Shown here in pieces: positions 29,197 to 39,276 of a stretch of DNA of 64,000 nucleotides; position 1 is the first letter of the stretch; each line of letters begins with the position of its first letter. The notes beneath the pieces were generated by a model. That model saw only the letters and a list, made by a program, of their open reading frames with translations, was not told where the DNA came from and searched no databases. The position numbers and the translations under genes were made by a program. Origin of the DNA: a virus (Duplodnaviria; Caudoviricetes); the IMG/VR virus record IMGVR_UViG_3300020190_000054, positions 633 to 64,632 of that record; one strand, written 5' to 3'.

Positions 29197-29486
29197 TTGG
29201 TCAAAAGCTTTTCCATAAGCTTATCAAGTTTAATGTTGATTTGTTTAAAGTGGTCTTGCATTTCTTGAATTTCTCTTAAAAAGTCAACTTTTAACACATA
29301 TTCCAGAGGGAGGCGGTTCACTTGGTGTTCCACTGAATTAACACGGTTTTCCTGGAGGTCAATAATTCTATTTAAATCCCGAATTTTTTCGTAAAATCTA
29401 TTCAAAATTTTATTTGCTGTCCATACGCCGCCCGTGACCGACGAAGCAATGACGGTAGCAAGCAGCGCTAAATACTCTGGACCCAT
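29193..29486 (-). CDS. membrane-anchored coiled-coil protein
   Basis: N-terminal hydrophobic helix, then LPLEYVLKVDF...IKLDKL. Confidence 0.65.
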   Translation of the reverse strand: MGPEYLALLATVIASSVTGGVWTANKILNRFYEKIRDLNRIIDLQENRVNSVEHQVNRLPLEYVLKVDFLREIQEMQDHFKQINIKLDKLMEKLLTK

Positions 29487-29517
29487 GTCTGTAAAACTTT
29501 TTTTTCAATTCTAAGAT

Positions 29518-31044
29518 CTAGAAATCAAGTTGAAGTTGTCCTTTTCTAGCAAGACCGGTCACCAACCAAACAAGCGCATCTACACAGTCGTCGTGACTGC
29601 TTACGCCAAAGTTTGTAAGCTCTTCAAACATATTGGTGAAGTTGCGGTAACGATTAAAAACAATCTTGCGGTCTTCAAACATACCAATAATCCCACGGAA
29701 TCGAGCTAATTTATCCGCTCGGAATCCCTTAACGGGATGCCAAATTAAATTGTACAAACCCTCATTACTTAAGCAAATACGTTTAAAGTCTGCTTCCAGA
29801 GATGCCTGATACTGTACAGCTTCACTCCAAATATCGCACGTCGAATAAGTCGGAAAATAGTTACCGTTTTCGTCCTTACCTACCACAGACCAATCATTAA
29901 GCAATTCTTTAAGGGCATCCAATTTTTCAAGATTACCCATGACACGAATACGGCGGTAATCAATAATATGAATGCGATCTCCAATACGACCGCCAAGAAC
30001 CATTACGGTGTAATCATTCTTTTCTCTGACTCCAGCAGATAAGTCAACCCCAATACCAAGTGCATCAAATTCTGTAGAAATTTCGGCTTTAACGATTAAT
30101 TCTGGTGCAAGAGACAATTCATTTTGTCGAATAATTTGATTCATGTACTGGAACGAAAAAGCAATAGGTGCTTGTCGTTTCTTTTCTTTTAGATACTCCA
30201 GAGACCACATCTCTGGCCAATACGACAATTCATCTCCTGTTTTGGGATCAGTCAGAATTGCAGAAAGAACAATTTGCGACCAATTGTTTTGATCGTTAAA
30301 TGTTGTGGCATGAATGTCATCATGCCGGAAACGTGTACCAAGACAGACTGCGCGACCACCTTCGAACATCGTTGGTGCAATCACAGCATTCCAGTTATCC
30401 TGCATCATCTTTCTGATGTCAGGATTTGAAATGTCAGCAGCTGATTTGATAGGGTCATCAATGATTACCAAGTGAGAACGCTTGGATGTCACTGAACCTT
30501 TAAGGCCTGCCGCACAAAGAGTAAATTGTTCATCACCTGTTACGTCAATGCCAGCAAATTTATGATCGATTGACCAATATTCATTGCTGGTGACGTTTTT
30601 TAAAAGACGTACAGAGGGAAAAACTTCTTGATACCGTTTGCTTTCAATAATTCGTTTAATAGTTGCTGATTTAGAACGCGCAATATCAACCGTGTAAGAC
30701 AAGTAAAGAATCTGTAACGGAAGCTTAGCTTGAGTGTGAATACCAATAGCCCATGCAGTAAATAAACCAAGGACTGTTGATTTAGCCGAACCCCTGGGGC
30801 CAAGAAGATCTACGTTTGGACCAGCAATTTTAATAAGGCACGAACTATCTTGATCTGTTACAAAGTGATGATGCCATTCTTTGTGATGCCGAGCAGGGGG
30901 TTTGTCTGCGACGTACTCACAAAAATAACCAAAGTCTTCGCGAGCCTTCTTAAGATCAGTTTCGTTTTTAGGAACTTTGATCTGGTGATTACGCGCAGCC
31001 GCTTTTGCGTTGCGCCGATACGCGAGATGAACGTAAGAAGGCAC
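29518..31044 (-). CDS. terL: terminase large subunit
   Basis: Walker A PRGSAKST, Walker B VIIDDP, motif III LGTRF, nuclease GVDLS and HDDCVDA. Confidence 0.95.
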   Translation of the reverse strand: MPSYVHLAYRRNAKAAARNHQIKVPKNETDLKKAREDFGYFCEYVADKPPARHHKEWHHHFVTDQDSSCLIKIAGPNVDLLGPRGSAKSTVLGLFTAWAIGIHTQAKLPLQILYLSYTVDIARSKSATIKRIIESKRYQEVFPSVRLLKNVTSNEYWSIDHKFAGIDVTGDEQFTLCAAGLKGSVTSKRSHLVIIDDPIKSAADISNPDIRKMMQDNWNAVIAPTMFEGGRAVCLGTRFRHDDIHATTFNDQNNWSQIVLSAILTDPKTGDELSYWPEMWSLEYLKEKKRQAPIAFSFQYMNQIIRQNELSLAPELIVKAEISTEFDALGIGVDLSAGVREKNDYTVMVLGGRIGDRIHIIDYRRIRVMGNLEKLDALKELLNDWSVVGKDENGNYFPTYSTCDIWSEAVQYQASLEADFKRICLSNEGLYNLIWHPVKGFRADKLARFRGIIGMFEDRKIVFNRYRNFTNMFEELTNFGVSSHDDCVDALVWLVTGLARKGQLQLDF

Positions 31045-31071
31045 AGAACTAAATCAGAGTATTGCTAAATA

Positions 31072-32442
31072 CTAACCGAATACGGCTTGCTGTCTGAACG
31101 GATCTTCTGATTGAGCTTGGCGACGATACTCTTTAGACGCCGCACTGGCTGCCTTTGCTTTCTGTGGATCGTACTCAGATTGAAATGCACCCTGTGCTTT
31201 TTGTTCTTCTGAAGTTTTTGCTGCAGTAGCAATTGCAGTTTCGAACTGTTGATCTTCTGGAGCGGTGGACAAACCAGGACCCGTTTGAGGAGATCTATCA
31301 AATGGATTTTGAATCATATAGCCTTCACCTGGTTTAAATTTTGATCCAGGTGTAATAAGGGGCATGATATTACTTGGATGGTACGAACCAGGAGGCCTAT
31401 CCATGCCCCTTGGGCCAAGGTTTGAAGAAGGTGCCTGAGCAATCAGCTCACCTCTTGGGCCTTTGGAAGAAGACCAATCAACTGCTTCACCTTTTGCTTG
31501 ATCTAACAACTTGTTTTCAAATTCTTCAATTTTTTCTTCTGATTGCATATTCGCTTGTTCTTTTTCCCACAAGATAGAATACGCATTTTGCACTTTCTCG
31601 GAAGCACGTCTTTGACGATAATCTTCTCGTCCAACATTTTCTAAACCGTATTGTTGAACTTCGTAATCTTCAGGAGTTGCTGCACGATCAAAGTAAGAAT
31701 AATTTCCTTCTACCAGGGGTATTTCAAACCCCATTTCAACTAACTGTTGTCTGTAAGCTGCACGAGATGGAGCATCTGCCGTACTTTTATATTTAGCATT
31801 TTCTAAAGGAGTTTTGTAAAGCTGTTCAAATAAAGCAGTTCGTTGTTGTGAAGCAGCATTATATCGATCCATATAAGTGGACATATCTCCACCCGTAGGA
31901 TATGGCGCCAACCTGTCTGCGGCTTCTGCATAACGTTTATACAATTTACTGCCTAAGCTATATCCTAAATTTTCTCGCGAAAAGTAACCTCCGTATTCTC
32001 CATACGCAGGAGAATAATAAACATTTGGAGTGATGTAATTAGTTGCCGGAACTTCTGCGTAATAACCTTCTGCTGTTTTTTGTAATGCTGGCGATGGTTT
32101 TTGATTTGCTTTAACTTGCTCCAGGGCTTGTTTATAAACCCTTTCGGCTCTTTGTTCTGGAGTCTCTTTAGGCGCTTTAGGTTTTGGAGGTGGTTCAACA
32201 ACCGATCTTTGAACTAAGTCGGGAGAAACAGAAGCCAGAGTTCCGCTGCTGCGTTGCAAATCATATGTTTGCGTAGCAAGAGCTTTTTGAGGATCTCCTC
32301 CAGCGCTTGCTAAAGGTACATAAGCACCCCTGGGCAAAAAAGGATTCGCACCTGGTTTTGCATTGGGATTATTCCTATACCACTCGGCAGGTCTTATGCC
32401 ATACGTTTTGTGAATCCAGTTATATAAATTTTCGTTAACCAT
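31072..32442 (-). CDS. hypothetical protein
   Basis: 456 aa ORF. Confidence 0.65.
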   Translation of the reverse strand: MVNENLYNWIHKTYGIRPAEWYRNNPNAKPGANPFLPRGAYVPLASAGGDPQKALATQTYDLQRSSGTLASVSPDLVQRSVVEPPPKPKAPKETPEQRAERVYKQALEQVKANQKPSPALQKTAEGYYAEVPATNYITPNVYYSPAYGEYGGYFSRENLGYSLGSKLYKRYAEAADRLAPYPTGGDMSTYMDRYNAASQQRTALFEQLYKTPLENAKYKSTADAPSRAAYRQQLVEMGFEIPLVEGNYSYFDRAATPEDYEVQQYGLENVGREDYRQRRASEKVQNAYSILWEKEQANMQSEEKIEEFENKLLDQAKGEAVDWSSSKGPRGELIAQAPSSNLGPRGMDRPPGSYHPSNIMPLITPGSKFKPGEGYMIQNPFDRSPQTGPGLSTAPEDQQFETAIATAAKTSEEQKAQGAFQSEYDPQKAKAASAASKEYRRQAQSEDPFRQQAVFG

Positions 32443-32451
32443 TGTTCTGTT

Positions 32452-32607
32452 TTACTTCTTTTTGTTTTTTTGCTCTTGATATTTACGAGCTTTATCTAAT
32501 GCAGCTTTGCGTTTTTCTTTATCGGACATTTCAGTCCCATCTTCTTTTTTAGCTTCTTTCTTCTTGAAATGCTCAAGAAGTTGAGGCGGCATCTTACCCT
32601 TAGCCAT
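32452..32607 (-). CDS. 51-aa lysine-rich peptide (not in the ORF track)
   Basis: Manual translation MAKGKMPPQLLEHFKKKEAKKEDGTEMSDKEKRKAALDKARKYQEQKNKKK; TGATG coupling to the upstream gene. Confidence 0.65.
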   Translation of the reverse strand: MAKGKMPPQLLEHFKKKEAKKEDGTEMSDKEKRKAALDKARKYQEQKNKKK

Positions 32608-32945
32608 CAGCGCTGAACCATTTGACGAATGCGATCAACCATCGCCTGGTAATCCGGCGTACCTTGCTCGGGCATGCGACGTGCACGACCAGGACCAAAC
32701 ACAATGCCTGGACTTAATTGAACGGGGCCTGGATTTTGGAATCCAGCGCGAGTGGCAGGAGAAGGAAAAGGAGCAACAGGCGCTTCACCTTTAGCTGCTT
32801 GTGCGAACACTGCTTCAGCTCCTTCAGGACTTTCTTGCTGCTGCACTTCTTGTGCGCGTTGGCCAATAGCAGCACGACGCTGACGAATACCTTCAGCTGC
32901 TAAAGCTCGCTCATTAGGCCCCATGCCACGAGTTTCTGCACCCAT
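32607..32945 (-). CDS. hypothetical protein
   Basis: 112 aa ORF. Confidence 0.6.
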   Translation of the reverse strand: MGAETRGMGPNERALAAEGIRQRRAAIGQRAQEVQQQESPEGAEAVFAQAAKGEAPVAPFPSPATRAGFQNPGPVQLSPGIVFGPGRARRMPEQGTPDYQAMVDRIRQMVQR

Positions 32946-32981
32946 TTCTATTAAGAATTCTTTATAAGTATCTTAGCTTAA

Positions 32982-33599
32982 TTATTCTTCAAGTTGCATT
33001 CGAGCCCATACGCTCATCGATGCTTCCTGCAAGGGACCCTCAATCGGATCATCTTTAAAAATAAACATTAACTCACGAATAGCTCTATCTGCTCCAGCCA
33101 TCAGCAAGCCTTTTCGATCCTTGGAAGAAGTAAACGACTCTACTTGAGCAATAGTCCCCCGGAGTTCTTTTTCCATTGCCGCAATACGTGCTACACCCGC
33201 ATCACGTTTAACACCAAAATTTTCAATGTCTTCACGGAGTTTGCGAATATCTTCCTGCATCTCACCAATCTCCATAAGGAGTGTTTTACGGTGATCAGGC
33301 TTTTTGTAATGCTGTTTAATCCAAGATTCACACGAAACAATGCTCCCCTGGTAACCAAGGAAGCGAGCATATAGATAGCTTTCAATTACCGAATAATTAT
33401 CGGATGCAAAAGCACAGAAAGCTTCTTGGGTTGAACTATCGAGATTATCGACCCACTGGTCAAATAGCTCAATATCGATAAGCTCGTTGGGCCTGCGCGT
33501 AATCTCGTGCTTCGTCTTGTTGGCGGAACTCTTGCTGTTGCTCAGCGGAAGTTCGCTGTTCGGTTGCACCTTTACCGATGGTTTCACGCTCTTGCTCAC
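32982..33599 (-). CDS. helical protein, candidate terminase small subunit (true start probably near 33480)
   Basis: Coiled-coil C-half; position upstream of terL; function is inference only. Confidence 0.45.
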   Translation of the reverse strand: MSKSVKPSVKVQPNSELPLSNSKSSANKTKHEITRRPNELIDIELFDQWVDNLDSSTQEAFCAFASDNYSVIESYLYARFLGYQGSIVSCESWIKQHYKKPDHRKTLLMEIGEMQEDIRKLREDIENFGVKRDAGVARIAAMEKELRGTIAQVESFTSSKDRKGLLMAGADRAIRELMFIFKDDPIEGPLQEASMSVWARMQLEE

Positions 33600-33717
33600 C
33601 AGCAGTCTCCATTTTCTTTTTGGAAAATTCGTAAGCCACGCCAGCCGCTTGACGATATTTGTCTAGGTCAAACCAATCGTCAACGTCTACTTGTCCAACA
33701 GGAACGGAACTGGTCAT
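33469..33717 (-). CDS. small putative internal virion protein
   Basis: 82 aa, Q/E/A-rich. Confidence 0.65.
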   Translation of the reverse strand: MTSSVPVGQVDVDDWFDLDKYRQAAGVAYEFSKKKMETAGEQERETIGKGATEQRTSAEQQQEFRQQDEARDYAQAQRAYRY

Positions 33718-33742
33718 GGCTTATAAATCTTACAAGAAAAAA

Positions 33743-33919
33743 TCAGAAGTTGCTCATCATTTGAGCAAGGCCAGTAGCAAAGATGTCACGACGACTTTCC
33801 AGGGACTTTTGCCGTTGTTGACGACCCTTGGAGGCTTCAAGACGCTCAAGCAGCTGCTCAAACTTATTGATATCAAAGTAATCTTCTGCCGTGGATTGGC
33901 CGACCGGGGTGGAAGTCAT
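33743..33919 (-). CDS. 58-aa protein with an N-terminus similar to 33469-33717 (not in the ORF track)
   Basis: Manual translation MTSTPVGQSTAEDYFDINKFEQLLERLEASKGRQQRQKSLESRRDIFATGLAQMMSNF. Confidence 0.65.
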   Translation of the reverse strand: MTSTPVGQSTAEDYFDINKFEQLLERLEASKGRQQRQKSLESRRDIFATGLAQMMSNF

Positions 33920-33961
33920 TGGTGTTTAACTCACTGAAATAATTATATCAAGCAATATTTA

Positions 33962-34849
33962 TCAGAAACTAAAGGAGCCGACCAGTGTCTGATAAATATT
34001 GCCTTGAGATTGTACTTTGGCGAGTTCTTTGGACCCTTCATTTTTTAACTTTTGGGTTTCTTTGTCAATCTCGCCTTGTAAGTTTGTCAAGCCAGCACTA
34101 TACAAATACTGCCGGGTGTCGCGAACATTTTGTAATTGCTGTTCAATTTCTGCTGGAGTACCAGTGAATTGATCACCAAACTCAGGAGTTGCAATTTTAG
34201 TCCGTCCAGCAATATCTCCTGAATACGCAGGAAGAAGTGTCTTATCAAATTTAAAAGTGCGCTTACCAGTACGATCACCAGCTTCGTCGGTAGTTTGCTT
34301 ACCGAACATAGTGTCGTAATAGTTATCTAAATAACTTTGATTAAATTTCTTTTGATATTCAGCACTCTTGGTAAGAGAACTCTTGAGATCTTCAACGTTG
34401 GAATAATATCCCTGGTTAAAGCGCTCCAGGGCTTTTGTTTGTTCTTCTTCTGTAGCTTGACGACCAAGAAGTTCTTCATACGCAGCAGACACACCAGTCT
34501 TTCTACGTTGAGGAAGAAGCTCTTGCGTATAAATATTCGTTAAACGAGAAATGTCCTCTTCTGGAGGAGTAATGTCATATCGTGACGCATAATCACGAAG
34601 TTGAGAAGTAACATCACCGTACCCTACAAGACCTTGACGCAGTTGTGATTCAAGACCACGAACAAGACCTGAGTAACCAGCGGCACCAGAAGCTTTCCGC
34701 GCTTCTTCTTTTGCCTTTGCCTCTGCACGTTCCTGTGCCGCACGTGATTCAGCAGCAGCTTCTTTCTGTTGTTGATATTGAAGAAACTTCTCAAAACTAT
34801 CATCCTTAGGGATGGGAGTTGGAGTGTAATTAACAGAAGTACCGCCCAT
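33962..34849 (-). CDS. putative internal virion/ejection protein
   Basis: 295 aa, helical; MGG start. Confidence 0.6.
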   Translation of the reverse strand: MGGTSVNYTPTPIPKDDSFEKFLQYQQQKEAAAESRAAQERAEAKAKEEARKASGAAGYSGLVRGLESQLRQGLVGYGDVTSQLRDYASRYDITPPEEDISRLTNIYTQELLPQRRKTGVSAAYEELLGRQATEEEQTKALERFNQGYYSNVEDLKSSLTKSAEYQKKFNQSYLDNYYDTMFGKQTTDEAGDRTGKRTFKFDKTLLPAYSGDIAGRTKIATPEFGDQFTGTPAEIEQQLQNVRDTRQYLYSAGLTNLQGEIDKETQKLKNEGSKELAKVQSQGNIYQTLVGSFSF

Positions 34850-34851
34850 GG

Positions 34852-35439
34852 TTAAATATTAGTGAAACGACGACTAAAAGCAGTAGGACCAAACATTCCC
34901 TCCATTTTGGCGGCTTCTTGAAAACCTGTACGTTTCATATTAAGCAAATTTTCAAACAACGCAGCCTCTTTGGATTCAGGAGAGATACGGGCAAGTCTTT
35001 CACGACGAGACCGTTCGGACATCAAAGCAGTTTCTTGTGGGGCAAGTTCACTAAAAGCAGTTTGAAGCGCACGGCGTTGACGAGCTTCTTCTATATCAGA
35101 TCCAGTGGTGGCTTGGAAAAGAGGCCCCCACATTCCCATGCCCATCTGGGCTTTGGCAGTATCTCGACCAATCTGAACGTCGGAAAGGCGTTTTGCATCA
35201 GCAGCTGCAAACTGAGCTTGTGCTGCGCTTGCGGCACTTTGCGCTCCCATGATTCCGCCAAAAAGACTGGAACCAATTCCGAATACACCTAGGCCAAGAG
35301 TTAATGGATCCATGCCGCTTTTTAACAGATTCCCACTATTGAAACTATTTGATTCTCCACCGCCAAAACTAAAGCGAACGTCTTTTAACCGAGGATCGGC
35401 TTGTAGTTGTCCTTCTCCAGTTCCGTAGTATGCGGCCAT
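34852..35439 (-). CDS. putative ejection (pilot-like) protein
   Basis: MDPLTLGLG..GIGSSLFGG..GAQSAASAAQAQ, typical of podovirus internal virion proteins. Confidence 0.6.
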   Translation of the reverse strand: MAAYYGTGEGQLQADPRLKDVRFSFGGGESNSFNSGNLLKSGMDPLTLGLGVFGIGSSLFGGIMGAQSAASAAQAQFAAADAKRLSDVQIGRDTAKAQMGMGMWGPLFQATTGSDIEEARQRRALQTAFSELAPQETALMSERSRRERLARISPESKEAALFENLLNMKRTGFQEAAKMEGMFGPTAFSRRFTNI

Positions 35440-35448
35440 GAATTCATT

Positions 35449-35910
35449 TTAACCTGTATAGCTTCCGTAATATTTAGTCGGTTGAAAATTATATCCAGGT
35501 GTTTGGATATTCATGCCATATTGCTGTGGCTGTGCGTAAATATTGGCTACGTTTCCAGCAGCTGCAAGTTGAAGAGCAGCTTGCGCACCAAATGCGTTTG
35601 CAATTGATTGAGGAATGGTTTTAAACAAGGCACCATATTTAGCGCCTTCACGCATACTTTCTAAACCAATTTTTTGTGCCCGTTCTGCCCGACGACCTTC
35701 AAACTCTTCAAAACGTTGCAGTTCTTCTTGAGTAGGTAATGCTGTTTGGCTACGACCAATATTTGAAAACACATCACCCAAGGCTTGTGTTTCAATTAGA
35801 TTTTTTAAAGTTCCTGCACGTTCTTTCTCAGGAAGCAAGCCAAGCATTTGCTGAACCTGCGGAGGCAGCCCAGGGATTTTTTGTTGGAAAGAACCGGCAA
35901 GTTCTGGCAT
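35449..35910 (-). CDS. putative internal virion protein
   Basis: 153 aa, Q/A/G-rich. Confidence 0.55.
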   Translation of the reverse strand: MPELAGSFQQKIPGLPPQVQQMLGLLPEKERAGTLKNLIETQALGDVFSNIGRSQTALPTQEELQRFEEFEGRRAERAQKIGLESMREGAKYGALFKTIPQSIANAFGAQAALQLAAAGNVANIYAQPQQYGMNIQTPGYNFQPTKYYGSYTG

Positions 35911-35923
35911 TTTATTTCTCCAA

Positions 35924-36862
35924 TCAGAAGCTAATGCTGGGGGCTTGCATTACGGCGCCAGCGTAGGGACTTTGGCTAATGGCTGTACGGAATGTTGCAC
36001 CACGCTCTTGCTGACCTTCGCGAGCCAACGCACCCATGGTGGCTTGACGCCCAAGAGTCTGATAAGCAGACGTTTGAGAAGCAAGTAAAGCCTGCTGATT
36101 AACAAGTTGACTACGCTGCAAACGCTCAATAAGAGGAAGTTGAGCTTTCTGCATTTGAAGCTCTTGTTGCATTTGGAATTGCAACATCTCTTTATCAAGA
36201 GCAAGCCCCGCTTGACCCATGCGAGTTGCTTGCTGAACAGCGTAATCTAAATCACGACGCCGAGTCTGTTCTTCTGCAGCAGCAGGAGTAACAGGAATTT
36301 CACCAAACGGAGTAGGAATTGAGATTGCCGGACCCGTAGGACGCTCGCCAGCAGTCGTTGCCTGTGGAGTGGGTTGTCCTTGAGGAGTAACACCACGCAC
36401 CTGTTGAACGCCAGCGGCAGCAGCTTGTTGGACACCACCACCAACGAGAGCAGGCACCGCAAACCGAAGACCCATCCCCAGTGCTTTAGCTGGACCAGGG
36501 CCTGCAATTAAACCTTGAGTTGCTGCCGTCACAAGCGGGTTAGCAACTGCACCAGCGGTAAGACCAATCGGAGCAGAAATTGCAGCACTTAACGGATCAC
36601 CGCCCATGGCAGTACCAAGTGCACCAAAAAGAGCACCTGATTTGCCGCCACCAGCACCGCGATACTGTCCGGCTTGATTAACAAACATGCCGCCAGGTTG
36701 CGTAGGAAGTTCCAGCAGCTCCTGCACTGCAGCTTGCTGAGCTTGCTGACCCCTGGCACCCATTAATTCACCAAGGCGGCGTTGGTAGTAACGAGAACGT
36801 GCCCCCAGCATTGTCGTGGGGTCATCCAGGGGATTCAACCTGGGGCTGGGACCTTCAGCCAT
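35924..36862 (-). CDS. putative internal virion protein
   Basis: 312 aa, A/G/Q-rich with hydrophobic glycine-zipper segments. Confidence 0.6.
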   Translation of the reverse strand: MAEGPSPRLNPLDDPTTMLGARSRYYQRRLGELMGARGQQAQQAAVQELLELPTQPGGMFVNQAGQYRGAGGGKSGALFGALGTAMGGDPLSAAISAPIGLTAGAVANPLVTAATQGLIAGPGPAKALGMGLRFAVPALVGGGVQQAAAAGVQQVRGVTPQGQPTPQATTAGERPTGPAISIPTPFGEIPVTPAAAEEQTRRRDLDYAVQQATRMGQAGLALDKEMLQFQMQQELQMQKAQLPLIERLQRSQLVNQQALLASQTSAYQTLGRQATMGALAREGQQERGATFRTAISQSPYAGAVMQAPSISF

Positions 36863-36882
36863 ATCTGAGTATATCTATATGT

Positions 36883-37830
36883 TTAAATTTTACCAGTGGT
36901 TGTACTTTGATATTGATTAGTTGTTGGAAGTTTTGGACGATTTGCTGCAGCAATTGCTTCATTAGTTACATTGCCACCTGCAATTCCTGCCAAAGAACCA
37001 GCTAAACCACCAACCATTGCACGTACTGCTTTTTGACGTGGCGTTCCAGGGGCACGAGCAGCAAGATTTGCAGCAACAGTGCCACCAGCAAAACCACCAA
37101 CCATTGGAACATTGACAGGGAAACCAAGCATGCGCAACTCAGGTTTGCCCTCCAAGTTTTCCATTGTTCCTTTAACAATGCCAAGGCCCAACAAACCTTT
37201 TTCTTGGTAAAGAAAATTCATGTAGTTACCATAACGCTCAGGAGTAAGCGACGGAATTTCTTGTTTTGCCGTAGCGTACTTAAGTGGATCGCCAGTGCGA
37301 CCAAGAAAAAACCGTTCAAATAACTCTTGAGCTGGTTGGCCAGTTTGGCGCCGATCTTCTGCACCCTTAGGTGAGTAAGTCTGTGCGTACCCTTTAGGAC
37401 GAAATTGTTCTTCAGGATTCGTAATATCATAAGTACCTGCAGCCGCAATAGCTGGTGCAGCAACCCCAAGTGCTACAGCAGCCCTAGCAGTAGGAGAAGA
37501 AAGAACATTTTTATTTACACCAACTTCTACTCCACGTTGGGCAATTGCAAGTGGGTGATTCCAACGCCACCAATACGTACGAGTACCATCGTTGGCAACA
37601 TCAATCAAAGCCCTGGATGTATATGCGCCAAGAAATTGGGCCGGTGTTTGCCGAGCACTAATGCCTTGCGCTTTAAGTTCTTTTTTAAATCCTGGACCTA
37701 AAACACTTTGCCCATAACCAACTCCTTGTTCTTTTGCTTTTGCAAGCATACGAACTTGAATATCATCAGCAGTTCTAAAACCCTGAAGATAATTTTGAGC
37801 AAGCTGTTGAGCTTGTTGAAAAATATTCAT
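36883..37830 (-). CDS. putative internal virion protein
   Basis: 315 aa with C-terminal glycine-zipper helices. Confidence 0.6.
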   Translation of the reverse strand: MNIFQQAQQLAQNYLQGFRTADDIQVRMLAKAKEQGVGYGQSVLGPGFKKELKAQGISARQTPAQFLGAYTSRALIDVANDGTRTYWWRWNHPLAIAQRGVEVGVNKNVLSSPTARAAVALGVAAPAIAAAGTYDITNPEEQFRPKGYAQTYSPKGAEDRRQTGQPAQELFERFFLGRTGDPLKYATAKQEIPSLTPERYGNYMNFLYQEKGLLGLGIVKGTMENLEGKPELRMLGFPVNVPMVGGFAGGTVAANLAARAPGTPRQKAVRAMVGGLAGSLAGIAGGNVTNEAIAAANRPKLPTTNQYQSTTTGKI

Positions 37831-38384
37831 GACTGTCTCATTGCTTGCAGCACTTCAGGTGGAAGTGTTACCCCAGGATAATGAAGCGTTTGTTCCACGC
37901 CTTGCATTTGAAATTGCGTACCAGGAGCCAGCGCTTGTTTCTGAAGGTTATTGATTTGCTGACGTTGAACTGCTTGTTGATAAATTTGTTGCTCTTGTGA
38001 AATATTCGTAGGTTCTACAATTTGAGCATTTTGATACAACGCACCTTGAGTTGCTAAATCTACCAAAGGCATTGAGGCAAGAGATGCACCCAGGTTAATT
38101 GCTTGTTCTGGCCCAGAAGGTTGATACGCAAGTTCCTTGGTAATTGTTTTACCAGCTGGTGTTTTAATTGTTGCAGTACCAGCAGGAGTGCCTGGAAATG
38201 TTTTACGCGCTAATCCAACAAGTGGATAGTTAAGCAAAAAATCTCCAGCCGCATATGCTGCACCAGCAACAGGACCGCCCGTTAATGTGCCAACGGCAAA
38301 GTTAAGAGCTGCGCCGGGCAGCGCTGCTTTAGCTGCCTGACGTGACGTTTGACTTGCTAATAATTGACCCAGTCCCGCGAGCAT
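37827..38384 (-). CDS. putative internal virion protein
   Basis: 185 aa, A/G/Q-rich. Confidence 0.55.
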   Translation of the reverse strand: MLAGLGQLLASQTSRQAAKAALPGAALNFAVGTLTGGPVAGAAYAAGDFLLNYPLVGLARKTFPGTPAGTATIKTPAGKTITKELAYQPSGPEQAINLGASLASMPLVDLATQGALYQNAQIVEPTNISQEQQIYQQAVQRQQINNLQKQALAPGTQFQMQGVEQTLHYPGVTLPPEVLQAMRQS

Positions 38385-38414
38385 ATCTTGTTTTATTTTT
38401 TATTTTACGGCAAG

Positions 38415-39059
38415 TCAGTCAATCGTTTTACCAGGGGGAACATTTGATTCTTTACTTTCATCAGCAACAGTAATTTCTCCTTCTCTTTCATCTTGCTCGC
38501 GTTGAACTAAATCTTTACGCTCTAAGAGTTGAGACACAGAAAGATTGTTTTCACTTTCGTTTTCAGCACGTTGTTCCGCAATAGACATTAAGTATCCATT
38601 CGGATCAGGGTTCTTTAACCGAGGCATTGGATTTTTAGCTATTTTGCCAGGGTTAATGGTGGGGCTAATGCGATAAGCTTCCACCCAGGCAGGATTAAAG
38701 TCTGGTTGGCTTTGTGGGCGCTGGGAAGTCCTTGCTCTTCCTTCTTCAAAGTCATAATCTTCAGGACGATTAAACCGACCTAGTCCCTCAAATAACTGAT
38801 AACTTTCATTTACAGCTTTGTTGTTATCAAAAAAGGGAGAATTAGGAATAAAGTTGAGATCTGGATTTAACTGACGTTTACGCGTCATCATCCGCTTGAC
38901 GAGATCTACTTCGTCAAAACGAGATGGATTCCAAGGATATTGACCTGTAGTTGGCTTTGAACGAAAAATATCATCAAAGTCAAGCTTGCGAGAAACTTGA
39001 CCTTTACTGTTAAATGGGTTGGTTATATATCGACCAAGATCTAGGCGTTGGTCTCTCAT
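38415..39059 (-). CDS. hypothetical protein
   Basis: 214 aa ORF; TAATG coupling. Confidence 0.6.
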   Translation of the reverse strand: MRDQRLDLGRYITNPFNSKGQVSRKLDFDDIFRSKPTTGQYPWNPSRFDEVDLVKRMMTRKRQLNPDLNFIPNSPFFDNNKAVNESYQLFEGLGRFNRPEDYDFEEGRARTSQRPQSQPDFNPAWVEAYRISPTINPGKIAKNPMPRLKNPDPNGYLMSIAEQRAENESENNLSVSQLLERKDLVQREQDEREGEITVADESKESNVPPGKTID

Positions 39060-39274
39060 TAGCCTTTAGACTTTTTCTTTTTCAATCCTACCAACGTTTT
39101 ACGAAGCCGCGCTTGCTTCACGGTTTTTTCATCGTATTTGCTTGGGTTTGCAAGAACATTTTCCTGCAGTTGAGCAGTTGTAATACCTTTCTTTTTGGCT
39201 TTAGCAGTAAAGGCGCCTTCTTTTATTTCCGCACCTTGAATCCACTTTTTATCTTTCTTTTTTTCTTCAGCCAT
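39059..39274 (-). CDS. small basic phage protein
   Basis: KWIQGA..KEGAFT.KAKK...TVKQARL..TL motif. Confidence 0.7.
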   Translation of the reverse strand: MAEEKKKDKKWIQGAEIKEGAFTAKAKKKGITTAQLQENVLANPSKYDEKTVKQARLRKTLVGLKKKKSKG

Positions 39275-39276
39275 GA

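Noticed and set aside
29518-31044. Intein or intron in the terminase (also checked in the polymerase and ThyX)
   Set aside because: Lengths and motif spacing look normal, and no splicing motifs were seen.
33480-33599. Overlap of the 205-aa ORF with the 82-aa gene
   Set aside because: Most likely an over-extended start call; the protein-like sequence begins near IDIELFDQW.
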